Both the position numbers and the translations under genes were made by a program. A model generated the notes under the pieces. It did no database searches, was not told where the DNA came from, and saw only the letters and a program-made list of their open reading frames with translations. From contig CAVYRW010000004.1 in assembly GCA_963771045.1 (NCBI GenBank), positions 864,001-928,000 of the forward strand: a DNA stretch of 64,000 bases, in the 5' to 3' direction. Position 1 is the stretch's first letter. Every line of letters begins with the position of its first letter. Shown here in pieces: positions 51,927 to 63,689 of the stretch. Origin of the DNA: Waddliaceae bacterium (GTDB lineage Bacteria; Chlamydiota; Chlamydiia; Chlamydiales; SLFE01).

Positions 51927-54752
51927 CTATTTTGAAAGCATTTGCTTAAGCTTTTGCTTGATTCCCGCGAGCTCAGACTCATTTTGGGAGAGCTGCGCCC
52001 GCTGTTTATCGACAAGCTCCCGGGGGGCCTTTTCGGTAAAATTCGGGTTGCTAAGCTGCACGTGCAGCCTTTCGATTTGACTGACGAGTTTTTCTTTTTC
52101 TTTTTGAAGGCGCTTTTTTTCCTGTTCAATCAGCTCTTCAGGAAGGGGAATCATCACTTTCAAAGATCCGGCCACGCCGGTGGAAGCGAAGGGGAGATTG
52201 GGTTCTTTTTCGGAGAATTGAACCGATTTTGTACGGACAAGGGCCGTGATCATCTGTTGATTGCTTTGAACAAGGTCGAATTTGTGCCCTGAACCAATAA
52301 TATAGACGTCGACTGCAGCTGCTGGGGAAAGCTTCATTTCTCCTCTAAGATTTCGAATGGTGTAGATGATTTCTTCAACCGAATCGAATGTTTCTTCGAT
52401 TTCAGGGTTCAAATCTTTTTCCCGTATAACACAGGGGTAGGGGGCAACGGCGCAAGCGGGACTTTGCAGGGCTTTGACAGTTTCTTGTGTGTAGGGGTCG
52501 GCAGAAGAGGTAATGTTTAAATCGGGGAGCCTTTCTTTCAGATGGGAAAAAAGCTCTTCGGTAATGAAGGGTGCCATCGGATGGAGGAGGCGGATCGCGG
52601 CGCAAAGGACGATGGCGAGTATTTTTTGTTTGTTTTGGCGCTCTTCGAAAGTTCCCGCTTTTCCGAACAGGACAGGTTTGGAGATCTCGACATAATAGGC
52701 ACAAAATTCTTTCCAGAAAAAGTCGTAAGCAGTGGCGGCCGCCTGGTCAAAAGCGTAGACCTCGAGGTTTTTGCCCACTTGTTTGATGATGTGGTTGAGC
52801 TTGGATAGAATCCATTTGTCTTCAAGGGTAAGGATCGATTCATTGAGCCCTTCTGCGAATTCTTGCCCTCCGAGGTTCATAAATACGAACCGGGCGCCGT
52901 TCCAGACCTTGTTGGTAAAGTTTTTATATTCTTCGAACTTTCTTCTGTCGAGGTCGATCTCTCTTGCCTGAGTGGCGCTGGCCGCCAGAGCCATTCTCAT
53001 AGCATCGGTGCCGTATTCAGCGATGATTTCGAGTGGATCGATGATATTGCCTTTCGATTTGGACATTTTTTCCCATCGGCTCTCTACATCTTTAGGGGGG
53101 ATTTTACCGAGTTCATATTCGCGCCTTTCCTCAGGGCTTAAGTAGGTAATGCCGCCATCCGGATTTTTCCTCCAGTAGGATTTGGCAAAGATTAAGCCAT
53201 GGAGAAAGGTTTCGGGGAAGGGGACTTCACCCATGATATAACCGCCCATGAAGATCATCCGAGCGACCCAGAAGAAGAGGATGTCGTGGCCGGTTATAAG
53301 GACAGCGTTTGGATAGAATTTTTCCAGCTCAGCTGTTTGTTTCGGCCAACCAAGCGTTGCAAAAGGCCATAAGGAAGACGAAAACCAGGTGTCCAAAACG
53401 TCGGGATCCTGAATCCAGACGTCGGGATTGGCTTTGACTTCGGGAGGATCGCCTTCTCCGTCGAAGCAGATGATGTCGTCTGGATTATTGCGGCTATACC
53501 AGATGGGGATCCTGTGCCCCCACCATAGTTGGCGGCTGATGCACCAGTCGCGGAGGTTGTTGACCCAGTGGAAGTAGACGTTTTCCCAATTCTTGGGAAA
53601 GATGCGGACTTTGTTTTCATTTACCGCTTTTTTGAGTTTGTCTGCGAATGTGTTCATCTTGACAAACCATTGCTTGGACATGTAGGGTTCGATAGTTGCT
53701 TTGGACCGGTAGGAAACCCCTACGCGGTTGATATGCGGATCAATTTTCTCGAGAAACTTTTGCTCTTTGAGTTTTGCGGCCACTGCCTGGCGGGCATCGG
53801 CCATAGAAAGTCCCTGAAATTCCCCTCCATTTTCATTGATGCGGCCGTCCGGGGTCATAATGTTGATAAAGGGGAGGTTGTGGTCAAGGCCGATTTGGTA
53901 GTCGTTGGGATCGTGGGCGGGGGTGATTTTGACGCACCCGGTTCCGAATTCGGGATCGACTCTGCGGTCTTCAATGATGGGGATTTTCCTGCCTGTCAGA
54001 GGCAGTGTGACGGTTTTGCCGATGAGGCCATGAAAACGGTCGTCTTTAGGATTGACGGCGACAGCGGTATCTCCCAGCATGGTTTCAGGACGGGTTGTGG
54101 CGATGGAGATGGATCCCGATCCGTCGCTAAGAGGATAGCGGATTGTCCATAGGAAAGACTGCCGCTCTTCATACTCGACTTCGTCGTCGGCAAGGGCCGT
54201 TTCTGTGACAGGGTCCCAATTGACTAGATAATCTCCGCGGTAAATCAAGCCGTCATCATAGAGTTTTTTGAACGCTTTTCTTACCGCGCTGTTGCCCCCT
54301 TTGTCCATAGTGAATCTCTGGCGCGGCCAGTCGCATGAGCAGCCCAGTTTTTTCAGCTGTCCTACGATCCGTTTTTCATATTCGTCTTTCCACTGCCAGA
54401 CATATTCGAGAAATTCTTGGCGCGAATAATCGGTTCGTTTTTTTCCTTCATGCTTGATCAAATGCCTTTCGACGACTGTCTGGGTGGAGATGCCGGCGTG
54501 ATCGGTTCCCGGAACCCAAAGAGCTTCATAACCGGACATCCGCTTCCAGCGGATCATGATATCTTGAAGGGTGTTGACAAGAGCGTGGCCCATATGAAGC
54601 GCCCCTGTCACATTGGGAGGGGGAATGACGATGCAGTAGGGAGGTTTCTCTGAGTTTGGGTCTGCTGTAAAAAAATGATTGTTTTCCCAAAAATCCCACC
54701 ATTTTTCATCGGTTTCTTCAGCGTTGTAAGTTTTAGAAATTTCTTTATTCAT
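51927..54752 (-). CDS. valS: Valine--tRNA ligase
   Basis: PPPNVTGALHMGH, DWCISRQLWWGH and KMSKS motifs; C-terminal coiled coil. Confidence 0.98.
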   Translation of the reverse strand: MNKEISKTYNAEETDEKWWDFWENNHFFTADPNSEKPPYCIVIPPPNVTGALHMGHALVNTLQDIMIRWKRMSGYEALWVPGTDHAGISTQTVVERHLIKHEGKKRTDYSRQEFLEYVWQWKDEYEKRIVGQLKKLGCSCDWPRQRFTMDKGGNSAVRKAFKKLYDDGLIYRGDYLVNWDPVTETALADDEVEYEERQSFLWTIRYPLSDGSGSISIATTRPETMLGDTAVAVNPKDDRFHGLIGKTVTLPLTGRKIPIIEDRRVDPEFGTGCVKITPAHDPNDYQIGLDHNLPFINIMTPDGRINENGGEFQGLSMADARQAVAAKLKEQKFLEKIDPHINRVGVSYRSKATIEPYMSKQWFVKMNTFADKLKKAVNENKVRIFPKNWENVYFHWVNNLRDWCISRQLWWGHRIPIWYSRNNPDDIICFDGEGDPPEVKANPDVWIQDPDVLDTWFSSSLWPFATLGWPKQTAELEKFYPNAVLITGHDILFFWVARMIFMGGYIMGEVPFPETFLHGLIFAKSYWRKNPDGGITYLSPEERREYELGKIPPKDVESRWEKMSKSKGNIIDPLEIIAEYGTDAMRMALAASATQAREIDLDRRKFEEYKNFTNKVWNGARFVFMNLGGQEFAEGLNESILTLEDKWILSKLNHIIKQVGKNLEVYAFDQAAATAYDFFWKEFCAYYVEISKPVLFGKAGTFEERQNKQKILAIVLCAAIRLLHPMAPFITEELFSHLKERLPDLNITSSADPYTQETVKALQSPACAVAPYPCVIREKDLNPEIEETFDSVEEIIYTIRNLRGEMKLSPAAAVDVYIIGSGHKFDLVQSNQQMITALVRTKSVQFSEKEPNLPFASTGVAGSLKVMIPLPEELIEQEKKRLQKEKEKLVSQIERLHVQLSNPNFTEKAPRELVDKQRAQLSQNESELAGIKQKLKQMLSK

Positions 54753-54892
54753 AATACGCCAATTATCCCAGATAACTCAGTTCGAAATGGTCTATAAGTG
54801 CAAGATTTAAACCGTTATGGGACAAAAGATCGTGCTTAGAGACTGTTTTCAACTTCGTTTTCTACGATTATAGAGGGAAATGAGTTTTTTGG

Positions 54893-55390
54893 CTAATGGT
54901 CTTTGATTCCTAAATTTGATTTGAGCGTTTGAGTAAACAGATTATAAAGTCCCGGCAGGCCATGATTCACGGTCAGGTTTGACAATTGAGTCAGACAAGC
55001 GAGTTGAACGGCATCCTCTGCTGACATGGGAGTGCCGAGCAAATACCAAAAACCGTAAAGAGAGGCGGTCAATGAGGTGAGAATAGCAGTTGAGGCCGCA
55101 GCATCGATGCCGAAGTTTACTACGTGATTGTTAAGAGGTTGGGGGAGATGTTTTTTTATGAAAGTTCTCAGTCCGTTGAAATCCTCCATTAGGAGTGTGT
55201 GAAGGACTGTGCCGCTCCCTGTAAAAACGGCGGTGCCGAAGAGGGTTAAATTCGTTATTTTGCGGCCAAGCAGGTTTCCGATAGTTTTTTCTAAATAAAT
55301 TGAGCTATAACCCAATATACCCGTTGCTAATCCTTCGGCAGTTGATATCCACCATCCCGGTATGAATTCTTCATCGGATTGAGACTGCAT
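54893..55390 (-). CDS. Small hydrophobic hypothetical protein, Inc-like candidate
   Basis: ATG 55390 with a GAGGGAG RBS; several hydrophobic segments. Confidence 0.65.
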   Translation of the reverse strand: MQSQSDEEFIPGWWISTAEGLATGILGYSSIYLEKTIGNLLGRKITNLTLFGTAVFTGSGTVLHTLLMEDFNGLRTFIKKHLPQPLNNHVVNFGIDAAASTAILTSLTASLYGFWYLLGTPMSAEDAVQLACLTQLSNLTVNHGLPGLYNLFTQTLKSNLGIKDH

Positions 55391-55478
55391 AATCAACTCC
55401 CTCTTATAATTGACAAATAATTCCTTATGCATCATCAATGAATAATTTTCAACAAACTTCAGTTAGGGAGGTTTACAA

Positions 55479-55829
55479 ATGAATGGAATTGTTGAAGCTA
55501 ACAGCAAAGTGCATAGGAAATTGACACTCACAAATACCAGCAAACTGATTCTCATGGTACCTATTATAAATACCATCACCTTAGCAGTGCTAAAAAAGAA
55601 ACAGGATGATCCTGCACAAATCAACCCGATTTCAAATCAGGCTTGCGTCTCAAATCGACAGGGAATTCTAGTCCTTGCGATTACATCTTTGGCTCTTATC
55701 ATGTTCCACGAGTTTTCAAGCAATGAGCTATGTTTTCTGGGATTATTTGCAGTTGCAGCAGCAGCCAATACTTTTTATATTGAATTTATCAGCTCCAAGG
55801 ACTTTATTGACGACATCCTTAGATTTTAA
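55479..55829 (+). CDS. Small membrane hypothetical protein
   Basis: GGGAGG RBS; two adjacent hydrophobic helices near the C-terminus. Confidence 0.6.
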   Translation: MNGIVEANSKVHRKLTLTNTSKLILMVPIINTITLAVLKKKQDDPAQINPISNQACVSNRQGILVLAITSLALIMFHEFSSNELCFLGLFAVAAAANTFYIEFISSKDFIDDILRF

Positions 55830-55834
55830 ACAAA

Positions 55835-55860
55835 AGAGGCAGGAAAGATTTCCTGCCTCT
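55835..55860. terminator. Hairpin between convergent genes, probable terminator
   Basis: AGAGGCAGGAAA-GA-TTTCCTGCCTCT; T-run follows on the minus strand. Confidence 0.7.
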
Positions 55861-55880
55861 AAGATAAAGCGAATCTATTA

Positions 55881-56456
55881 CTAGATCTTAAACCATTTCT
55901 CCACTTGCGGGCGGACAAATTGATTGACCAGGAATGTAGCGCCGGCAATTTTGGCTACTGTAAGCACTGTAAGCGATATTCCGGCTATCGGAGACAGGAC
56001 GGAAATAGCTGCTGCCGAGCCTGCAACAACGAGACCTTTGACTGCATAGTTTGCCAGTTTGTTATCTCTGACTGTTTTCATACTATTGTTGATAAACTTC
56101 TTTCCGCTGTCAGATGGAAAGTTTTGGGCTAAAAAGTTCCCTAAAATCTTTAAAGCATAGCTGGCAACTTCAACAACCAGGACAATAATTCCTGCGATGC
56201 CCCCTGTAGCTAGTGTGGGGCCGAAGGCAAGTGTTCTTCCTAGAAATAGTGTAGAGGCTTTTGCGGCGGTAAAATTAACGCCACCTGCGACCAGGCCGGT
56301 TATGCCCGCGCGTTTAAAAGGACCTAACTTTCCGGAAAAAGTGCTTTTCGTATTATTTGTCGGGTTTACAGGTTTCCCATTCGGTGGTGTATCTGGTGAG
56401 ATAGTTTCTGGCGTAACATTAGCATCTAGTGATGCTGGTGCTGCTGGTGATGTCAT
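55881..56456 (-). CDS. Hypothetical protein with a Ser/Thr/Pro-rich N-terminus and bilobed hydrophobic regions, Inc-like candidate
   Basis: ATG 56456 with a GGAGG RBS; two long hydrophobic stretches. Confidence 0.7.
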   Translation of the reverse strand: MTSPAAPASLDANVTPETISPDTPPNGKPVNPTNNTKSTFSGKLGPFKRAGITGLVAGGVNFTAAKASTLFLGRTLAFGPTLATGGIAGIIVLVVEVASYALKILGNFLAQNFPSDSGKKFINNSMKTVRDNKLANYAVKGLVVAGSAAAISVLSPIAGISLTVLTVAKIAGATFLVNQFVRPQVEKWFKI

Positions 56457-56573
56457 AATAACCTCCAATTTGTTATGAAGTTGTTAACTTCGATTCATGA
56501 CAACTGCATATCGCAATTATGCGGAATTCTCACAGACAGCTTATTTTTTAGCAATAGATTTTTTGAACTTGTT

Positions 56574-56589
56574 TGGCATGAAATCTGCT
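56574..56589 (+). promoter_or_regulatory. Possible sigma54 (-24/-12) promoter
   Basis: TGGCATGAAATCTGCT against the consensus TGGCACGNNNNTTGCW. Confidence 0.4.
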
Positions 56590-56750
56590 TATTGATTTAA
56601 TTGAGCGGGAATTGTATTTGATTTGTATAAATAGATATTTATTCTGGGAAAATTAATTATCCTTAAAATATAATAGTAATGGGAAGGAGTTGTCTTACGT
56701 ATAATAGTTTCTTAATAATAGTATAGAGTAGACCCTGCGTTAAGCTGGAG

Positions 56751-58617
56751 GTGGCTATGTTTCACCCAGAGAAAATGGTCTATTCTCTTAAGACTCTGGT
56801 AATTAGAAAGATAGAATCTTATAAGGAAGAGGATAATTTGTTTCAAAATTTACTTTCCAAATTCTTTCCATCTTATTGTACCGTCTTAAACGCCAGGAGG
56901 GAAATAGACCGTTTAAGCCTGCATGAGCGAACTCCCGGAAACAGTTCGATTAATGTCTCAGATATCTTATCTCTTGAAAATGAGTTAAAGGCTTTTAATA
57001 GAAGGCAGCTCATGCGCTTTCGAATCGGCCTTCAGTACAGGCTGGGAAGGGAAGGCGGGGGTGCGGATCCAAGAGCTTTGGGGTATGTTGAATATCGACT
57101 TCTGGAGAAATGGGCTGAATCCTGGAAAAAAGGGCAACAGACCTGTTCCGATAAAACGCTGGCTAAAAAGGAGAAAAAACATCTCAAAAGCGCTGCCAGA
57201 TATGGCTTGTTTGTGGATCTATTGCTTGAAGACGAGAAGCTGAGGCATAAATTTTTCCTATGGACTCTACGTGACGGAAATGCTCCTGAACCTTTCATAG
57301 AATTTCCCTTTACAGTCGACTGGTTGATAAAATCGGATCTCGGCCAGCGGCTTGGCCGATTTGAAAATCTTGTCGGCATAAAAAATCTGAACGGCTTAAA
57401 AGTTGTGACTGTGAGGTTTGAGGGAAATCCGGTCAGCATACTGGATCCGGACAGGGAAATTGAGTTTCGCGGTTCATTCAAAAAGACTATATCTGAAATA
57501 TTTGAAGTTTTCAGAAATAAATATAAGAAAGTTGGAGATTTTGAGGTTTTTCAGGAAGGCATTATTAATTGGAATACATTTAAAATGGGGTATTGGGATG
57601 ATTCAATTAAAGAATATATACTAGTAGATTTTCTAAAAGAGGATTGGTGGAAGGATTTACCATATTTTGAAACCCTCACCAAAGAGCAGGCGGAAGAAAG
57701 GTATGGAACATCCATAGACGGCGCAAGCTGGGTTGCCGCTGTCACCGCGACAAGAGGAAATATCAACTTAAGCTACGAACAGACGCATGCGTTTATGGAG
57801 CTGGCCATTCCGGATGAAAGGGGGCGATTTCATATATACGACTTCGGTAAATACGGCCGTTTCTTTCCAAAAAACCTTTGGGACGGATTGAAAAAATTTA
57901 CGTTAACCATGCTCGCGAGTGTGATGTATCCTGATGAGAATGTCTACTATTCTCAAAGACAGACAGGATATTATCCTTTTATCATCAGCCCCGAAGAGGG
58001 CAAAAAGCTTTTAAACTCCGTGCGCCAGGAGATTTTTCGGTGCATGGCCGGACTCAGCGTTTACCAAATAGAATCCGAAAACTGTGCAAAGTGGACTGTG
58101 GAATTGTTAAAAGACGCCCTGGATTCTGACTTGATTCCCAATCTCTACAAGATGTCTCTTCTTGACTGCGAGCCCGGCGGCCTTATGCAAAAGCTCTTCA
58201 ATCTGATCAAGAAGCTGCCGAAATATTCTGCATGTTTTTGCCATTACACGTCTTCACTATCCGATAGGTGCATGGCGAGGCGTGTGGATTAAGCAAAGAC
58301 ATGCCAAGGAGTGGAAATCCTTGACCAGCCATCAGTTTTTCAACACCGCAGAGGTGTACCTTCCCGCGCTTGTTATAAAAAAACGCGATGAAGGATTTTT
58401 TGACATTCAGATTGCAAATCTGAATGGTCAAACTCATTGGAGCCTTGTTTTAGAAAAAGTCCTTTATCGCGTCCCTCCTTTATACTATCTATTCAGCAGA
58501 TGGAAACAAAAGATGGCCTGTCTCATCGTTTTGTTCAAACGGTTGTTTCAAAATAGCTCCGGAGCCTCTCAATACCTCATAATGTATTCTTGCGTATTCA
58601 CTCAGTTTAATATATAA
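56751..58617 (+). CDS. Hypothetical protein, probably one gene with a frameshift near 58230-58280
   Basis: 513-aa ORF overlapping a 111-aa ORF; GGAG upstream of the GTG start. Confidence 0.65.
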
Positions 58618-58874
58618 TTTCGGCGATGAATATAAACGCATTGCAAACAAAGAAATTGAGGCCAATAAACCGCATCTTCATCGGAGTGCGCTCAAGAGAA
58701 TTTCCCGCGATGAGATGATAAGCGGCTATCGAAAACAAAAGGTATAACTGTCGATATCCTGAAAGCCGCAAGCGATGAAGATTCTCTATCCTAAATTTTT
58801 ATGTACTCCCAAAAGTAGAATCCCTTTCTTCAAAAAGAAATGTCCGCGTATTTCATAATTTTATTCCGAATCTT

Positions 58875-60279
58875 ATGAGCAGTATTTTTACTGCCCTGAG
58901 TTATTTTGACGAGGGGCATCAGCCTGAAATGATCTGGGACTGCTATCTGCTGCTCAATATCTATTATAAGATATTCACAATTCCCGTTCTGATAACATTT
59001 GCTGTGGGATCCGTGGTGGCCTCAACAGGAGTTGCCGCCCTGACTGCTGCCGCTGTCAGCGTGGTTGGACTTGCCGCCCTCTATATTTATGCGAGGTGGT
59101 TTCGAGGTTTCCCTTCTAAAATGACGCATGGAATTGTTCGGATCGAAAAACAGACAGAGCGAGCCGATTGTTGGAAGGGATGCCGAAGTGAGAGAAATTC
59201 TGAAATTCCATTCCGATCATCCTTCATTGACTAAAAAGCACATCCTTGTTATCGGAGAACCGGGAACGGGAAAAACCACTACTTTGGAAAAAGCTGCTAT
59301 TGAGCTTCAAAAGAGCAATGCCTGCATTGCAGTCTATGACGCCAGCAAGGCTCCTTTCGATAGTTCGGATAAATGGAACAAAGGGCCCATCAATCTGATT
59401 GAGGACGGATTGAATCAGCTGGGTTCATTAGAACCAAGATCGGTGTTCATTCTCAATGAGCTGCTGTCGGCAGTGGTGACAGATGCCTCTAAAATTAAAC
59501 CCGATGCTGCCGGCAAGCTGCGCGATTTACTCGACAACAGAACCGCGGCTATATGGGCAACCGGCACTGTGAAAGAGTATGAGGCGCTGAAAAATGCCGA
59601 CAAAGAACATCACCTGGATCAGGCAAAGTCGCTTCTTCAGCGTTTTTATGTGATTGATTTTAGAGATTACAAGGCCCGCGACGAGATGATGGAGGCCATG
59701 GTGTCATCTTATCTGCTTTTTCACAAGGAATTCATACTATGCGGTCCCGAAGTACCCAAGGCTGCGATAAAGCTGACAAAAAAACATCTTCCCGATGACA
59801 GTCAGCCCAGGTCTGCCTGCATGCTTATTAACAGGGCAATGGCAACTGTGAAGGCAAATTTGAATTCATCGGCCCTATCGACGCCTGAACTGAAACAGGC
59901 TCAAGAAGCTTTGGCGGCTCAGATTGCCAGGTACCGTCTTTCCGCTAGTTTAAAGTTAGGACAGAGTATTGATAAATTGCGTCAAAAGGTGGAAGACATT
60001 GAAAACAAGTTAGAAAAAAAATGCCTTTTGGTCAAAAAAGTCAAAACTCTTTGTCAATCCATACTCGAAGATCAAAAAAAAATGTATGAGCTTGGAAAAA
60101 AAATACAGTCGAAAAGGAAGACTTCCTACGCTGAAAAGGAATTTCTCTATCTCAAGTATTGGAGGCTCCCAGCTAAAGATGAGAAAATTAGCCAATATGA
60201 GAATTTGATCGGTTCGGACTTCCCTATAAGAGTCACTGAGAATGTTCTTGAGAGGGAATTGACTTTTATAGGGATTTAG
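58875..60279 (+). CDS. Membrane-anchored ClpA/B-like AAA+ domain protein; probable frameshift near 59150, true start uncertain
   Basis: Hydrophobic hairpin followed by PIVGRDAEV, GEPGTGKT, FILNEL, ATGTVKEY and LQRF. Confidence 0.7.
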
Positions 60280-60343
60280 GGTATCACTATACCTTCTAAA
60301 CAGGTCAAATCAATGTAAATTATTTTTTAAATAAAGGGACGTC

Positions 60344-62438
60344 ATGTTTTTGAATTCATATGGGTTTGTGATAGGAGCGGGGGTCGTCGCTCTGCTTTAT
60401 GGGGGATTTTTAATTCGTTCGATATTCTCGCTTAGCACAGGAAATGATCGAATGAGAGAAATCTCGGGCGCCATACAGGAAGGCGCGCGCGCTTATCTCA
60501 ACAGGCAATATCAGGTCATCACGTTAGTCGGCATTGTAATTTTTGCTTTTCTTTCCTGGAAGCTCGGATGGTTTGTGGGAATTGGCTTTGTTATCGGATC
60601 TTTTCTTTCAGGCCTTACCGGTTATATAGGAATGAACATTTCTGTCCGTGCCAATGTGCGCGTCGCTGAATCGGCGCGTTCAAGTTTGGCTTCGGCTTTG
60701 GATGTGGCTTTCAAATCCGGTGCGGTCACCGGGCTGCTGGTTGTCGGGCTGGCGATTCTGGGCATTACGATTTACTATATAATTCTAAAGTCTCTTGCTC
60801 TTCCGGTCCGCGATTTATTGGAATCTCTGGTGGCTCTTGGCTTCGGCGCATCGTTAATCTCAATATTTGCGAGGCTCGGAGGTGGCATTTTTACCAAAGG
60901 GGCCGATGTCGGCGCCGATCTTGTGGGTAAGATAGAAGCGGGAATTCCCGAGGACGATCCGCGAAATCCGGCTGTCATAGCCGATAACGTCGGAGACAAT
61001 GTGGGTGATTGCGCAGGGATGGCGGCTGATTTGTTTGAAACGTATGTTGTCACAATAGTAGGAACTATGCTTTTGGCGGGTATTTTCTGGGCTAAATTTC
61101 CTATGATTCAGGATGTGATGATGCTCTATCCTTTAATGATCGGCGCTGTCTGCATTCTGGGCTCTATTGCAGGAACGTTCTTTGTCAGGCTTGGAAAAAG
61201 TAAAAATATTATGGGAGCTTTGTATAAGGGATTTATCGCGACAGCGATCATATCGGCAGCGGGCATTGCTTTAGTGACGCAATTATTGCTTGGCTTCGAT
61301 ATTCAATTATCAAGCTAACGGAACGGAATTTTCAGGCCTCAATCTTTACATCTGTGCCCTTATCGGACTTGTCGTTACCGGCTGCCTCATGTGGATCACC
61401 GAGTATTATACATCTACTCGCTATCGTCCGGTAAAAGATATCGCCAAAGCTTCCGAAACAGGGCACGCCACCAATATTATTCAAGGACTTGCTGTTTCTC
61501 TTGAATCGACCGCATTGCCGGTTGTGGTTATATGCCTTGGAATTTTAATCACTTATCTCAATGCCGATCTTATCGGCATCGCTGTCGCCGCCACCTCTAT
61601 GCTGGCCCTTGCAGGAATGGTTGTCGCTCTGGATGCCTATGGCCCGGTTACCGATAATGCCGGCGGTATCGCAGAAATGGCGGAGCTCCCTCGTGAGGTC
61701 AGGCAGACGACAGATGCATTGGACGCTGTCGGCAATACGACAAAAGCTGTGACTAAAGGATATGCCATTGGTTCGGCAGGACTGGCGGCAATCGTCTTAT
61801 TCACGGCATTTATTGAAGATTTGACTCACTACTTTCCTCAGATGCAGCTAGAGTTTTTCCTGCAGGACGCTTATGTTGTGATAGGACTTTTTATTGGAGG
61901 GCTCCTTCCCTATCTTTTTGCGTCTTTGAGCATGAAAGCTGTCGGACGGGCAGCAGCATCTGTTGTCCGGGAAGTCCGCAGGCAATTTAAAGAAATACCG
62001 GGCATTATGGAAGGAAAAAGCAAGCCGGACTACAGCAGAGCTGTCGATATGTTGACGAAAGGGGCCATAAGAGAAATGATCATCCCGTCTCTTCTTCCTG
62101 TTGCGGCACCGATTGTCGTCTATTGGATTATTCGTGCTATAGCCGGACAGGAAGCGGCTTTTTTAACGGTCGGGTCAATGCTTCTAGGAATTGTTGTCAC
62201 AGGTCTGTTTGTGGCTTTGTCCATGACTTCCGGCGGAGGAGCCTGGGACAATGCTAAAAAGTATATCGAAGATGGCCACTACGGTGGTAAAGGATCAGAG
62301 GCTCATAAAGCCGCGGTCACCGGAGATACTGTGGGCGACCCCTATAAAGATACGGCGGGGCCGGCCATCAATCCGATGATTAAAATCGCCAATATCGTAG
62401 CTCTATTGATGCTGGCAATTCTATCAGCCAGGTTCTAG
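60344..62438 (+). CDS. hppA: Membrane H+-translocating pyrophosphatase; one frameshift near 61310
   Basis: [35 protein letters not shown] and [10 protein letters not shown] motifs. Confidence 0.95.
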
Positions 62439-62455
62439 AGAAAATGAGGGAATTT

Positions 62456-62496
62456 AAAATCCGTAAGTGAGAATGCACTCTTTGCGGATTTTTTTT
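62456..62496 (+). terminator. Intrinsic terminator after hppA
   Basis: AAAATCCGTAA...TTGCGGATTTT stem followed by a T-run. Confidence 0.65.
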
Positions 62497-62509
62497 AGGG
62501 AAAAAAACA

Positions 62510-63689
62510 ATGCTCAAAAGAAACGCTAATTTTTTGAATCTTCCGTCGACTTATCTGTTTTACGAAATAGCTCAAAGGAAACAGAAATTTCTAGATGAAC
62601 ATCCCGGCGTTAATTTGGTGAATCTCGGTATCGGCGACACGACGCTTCCTATTCCTGAAATGGTGGCTGAAGCCATGTCAAAGGCCGCAAAAGAATTGGG
62701 AACCACCCGCGGGTATTCCGGTTACGGTCCGGCCGCAGGCAGCCAGGAGCTGAGAGAAAAAATCAGCGAAATTATCTATAAAGGCAGGGTTAAGCCGGAA
62801 GAAGTTTTTATTTCCGACGGATCCAAATGCGATATCGGCCGACTGCAAACCCTTTTCGGTCCGGGAGTTTCCATAGCAGTTCAGGATCCGGCCTATCCGG
62901 CCTATGTCGACGGATCGCTCATTCATGGAGTCGGCGAAATTACCTATCTTCCTTGCAGGCCCGAGAATGATTTTTTCCCCGACTTAACGGGCGCTGAAAA
63001 TGCCGATCTTATCTATTTCTGTTCGCCAAACAATCCCACAGGAAATGTCGCCACAAAAGAGCAGCTTAAGAAATTAACAACTTTTGCCATCGACCAGGGT
63101 TCACTCATTATATTTGATTCGGCCTATTCCGAATTTATTCAAAATCCGGATCTTCCCCGATCCATTTTTGAGATTGACGGCGCGAAAAAATGCGCCATTG
63201 AAATCGGATCTTTTTCAAAGCTGGCCGGTTTTACAGGAGTCAGGCTAGGCTGGACAGTTGTTCCCAAAGAGCTTCAATATACCGATGGATCACCTGTTTA
63301 TTCTGACTGGCTGCGTGTTGTATCGACAATATTCAATGGGGCATCAAACATTGCCCAGGCAGGAGGGCTTGCCATCTTATCCAAAGAAGGCCGGCCGGCA
63401 GTAGATGACCTTATTCGCATCTATATGTCCGGTGCCAAAAAACTGCTCGCCGTTCTTCAGGATCAAGGGGCCGAAGTCTATGGCGGGACAGACTGCCCTT
63501 ATCTTTGGGTCCGTTTTCTCGGAAAAAACATCATGGGAAATTTTTCAATCTCTTCTTGATGAAAGCCATATCGTTACTGTACCCGGCGCCGGCTTTGGAC
63601 CTTCAGGAGAGGGATTTGTTCGTTTCAGTGCATTTGCAAGCTCTGCTGACGTAGACAGAGCTATCGATCAGTTTTGTTGTAGAACATAA
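62510..63689 (+). CDS. dapL: LL-diaminopimelate aminotransferase; frameshift in an A-run near 63525
   Basis: LGIGD, SDGSKCDI, CSPNNPTG and SFSKLAGFTGVRLGW motifs; PGAGFGPSGEGFVRFS continues in another frame. Confidence 0.93.
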
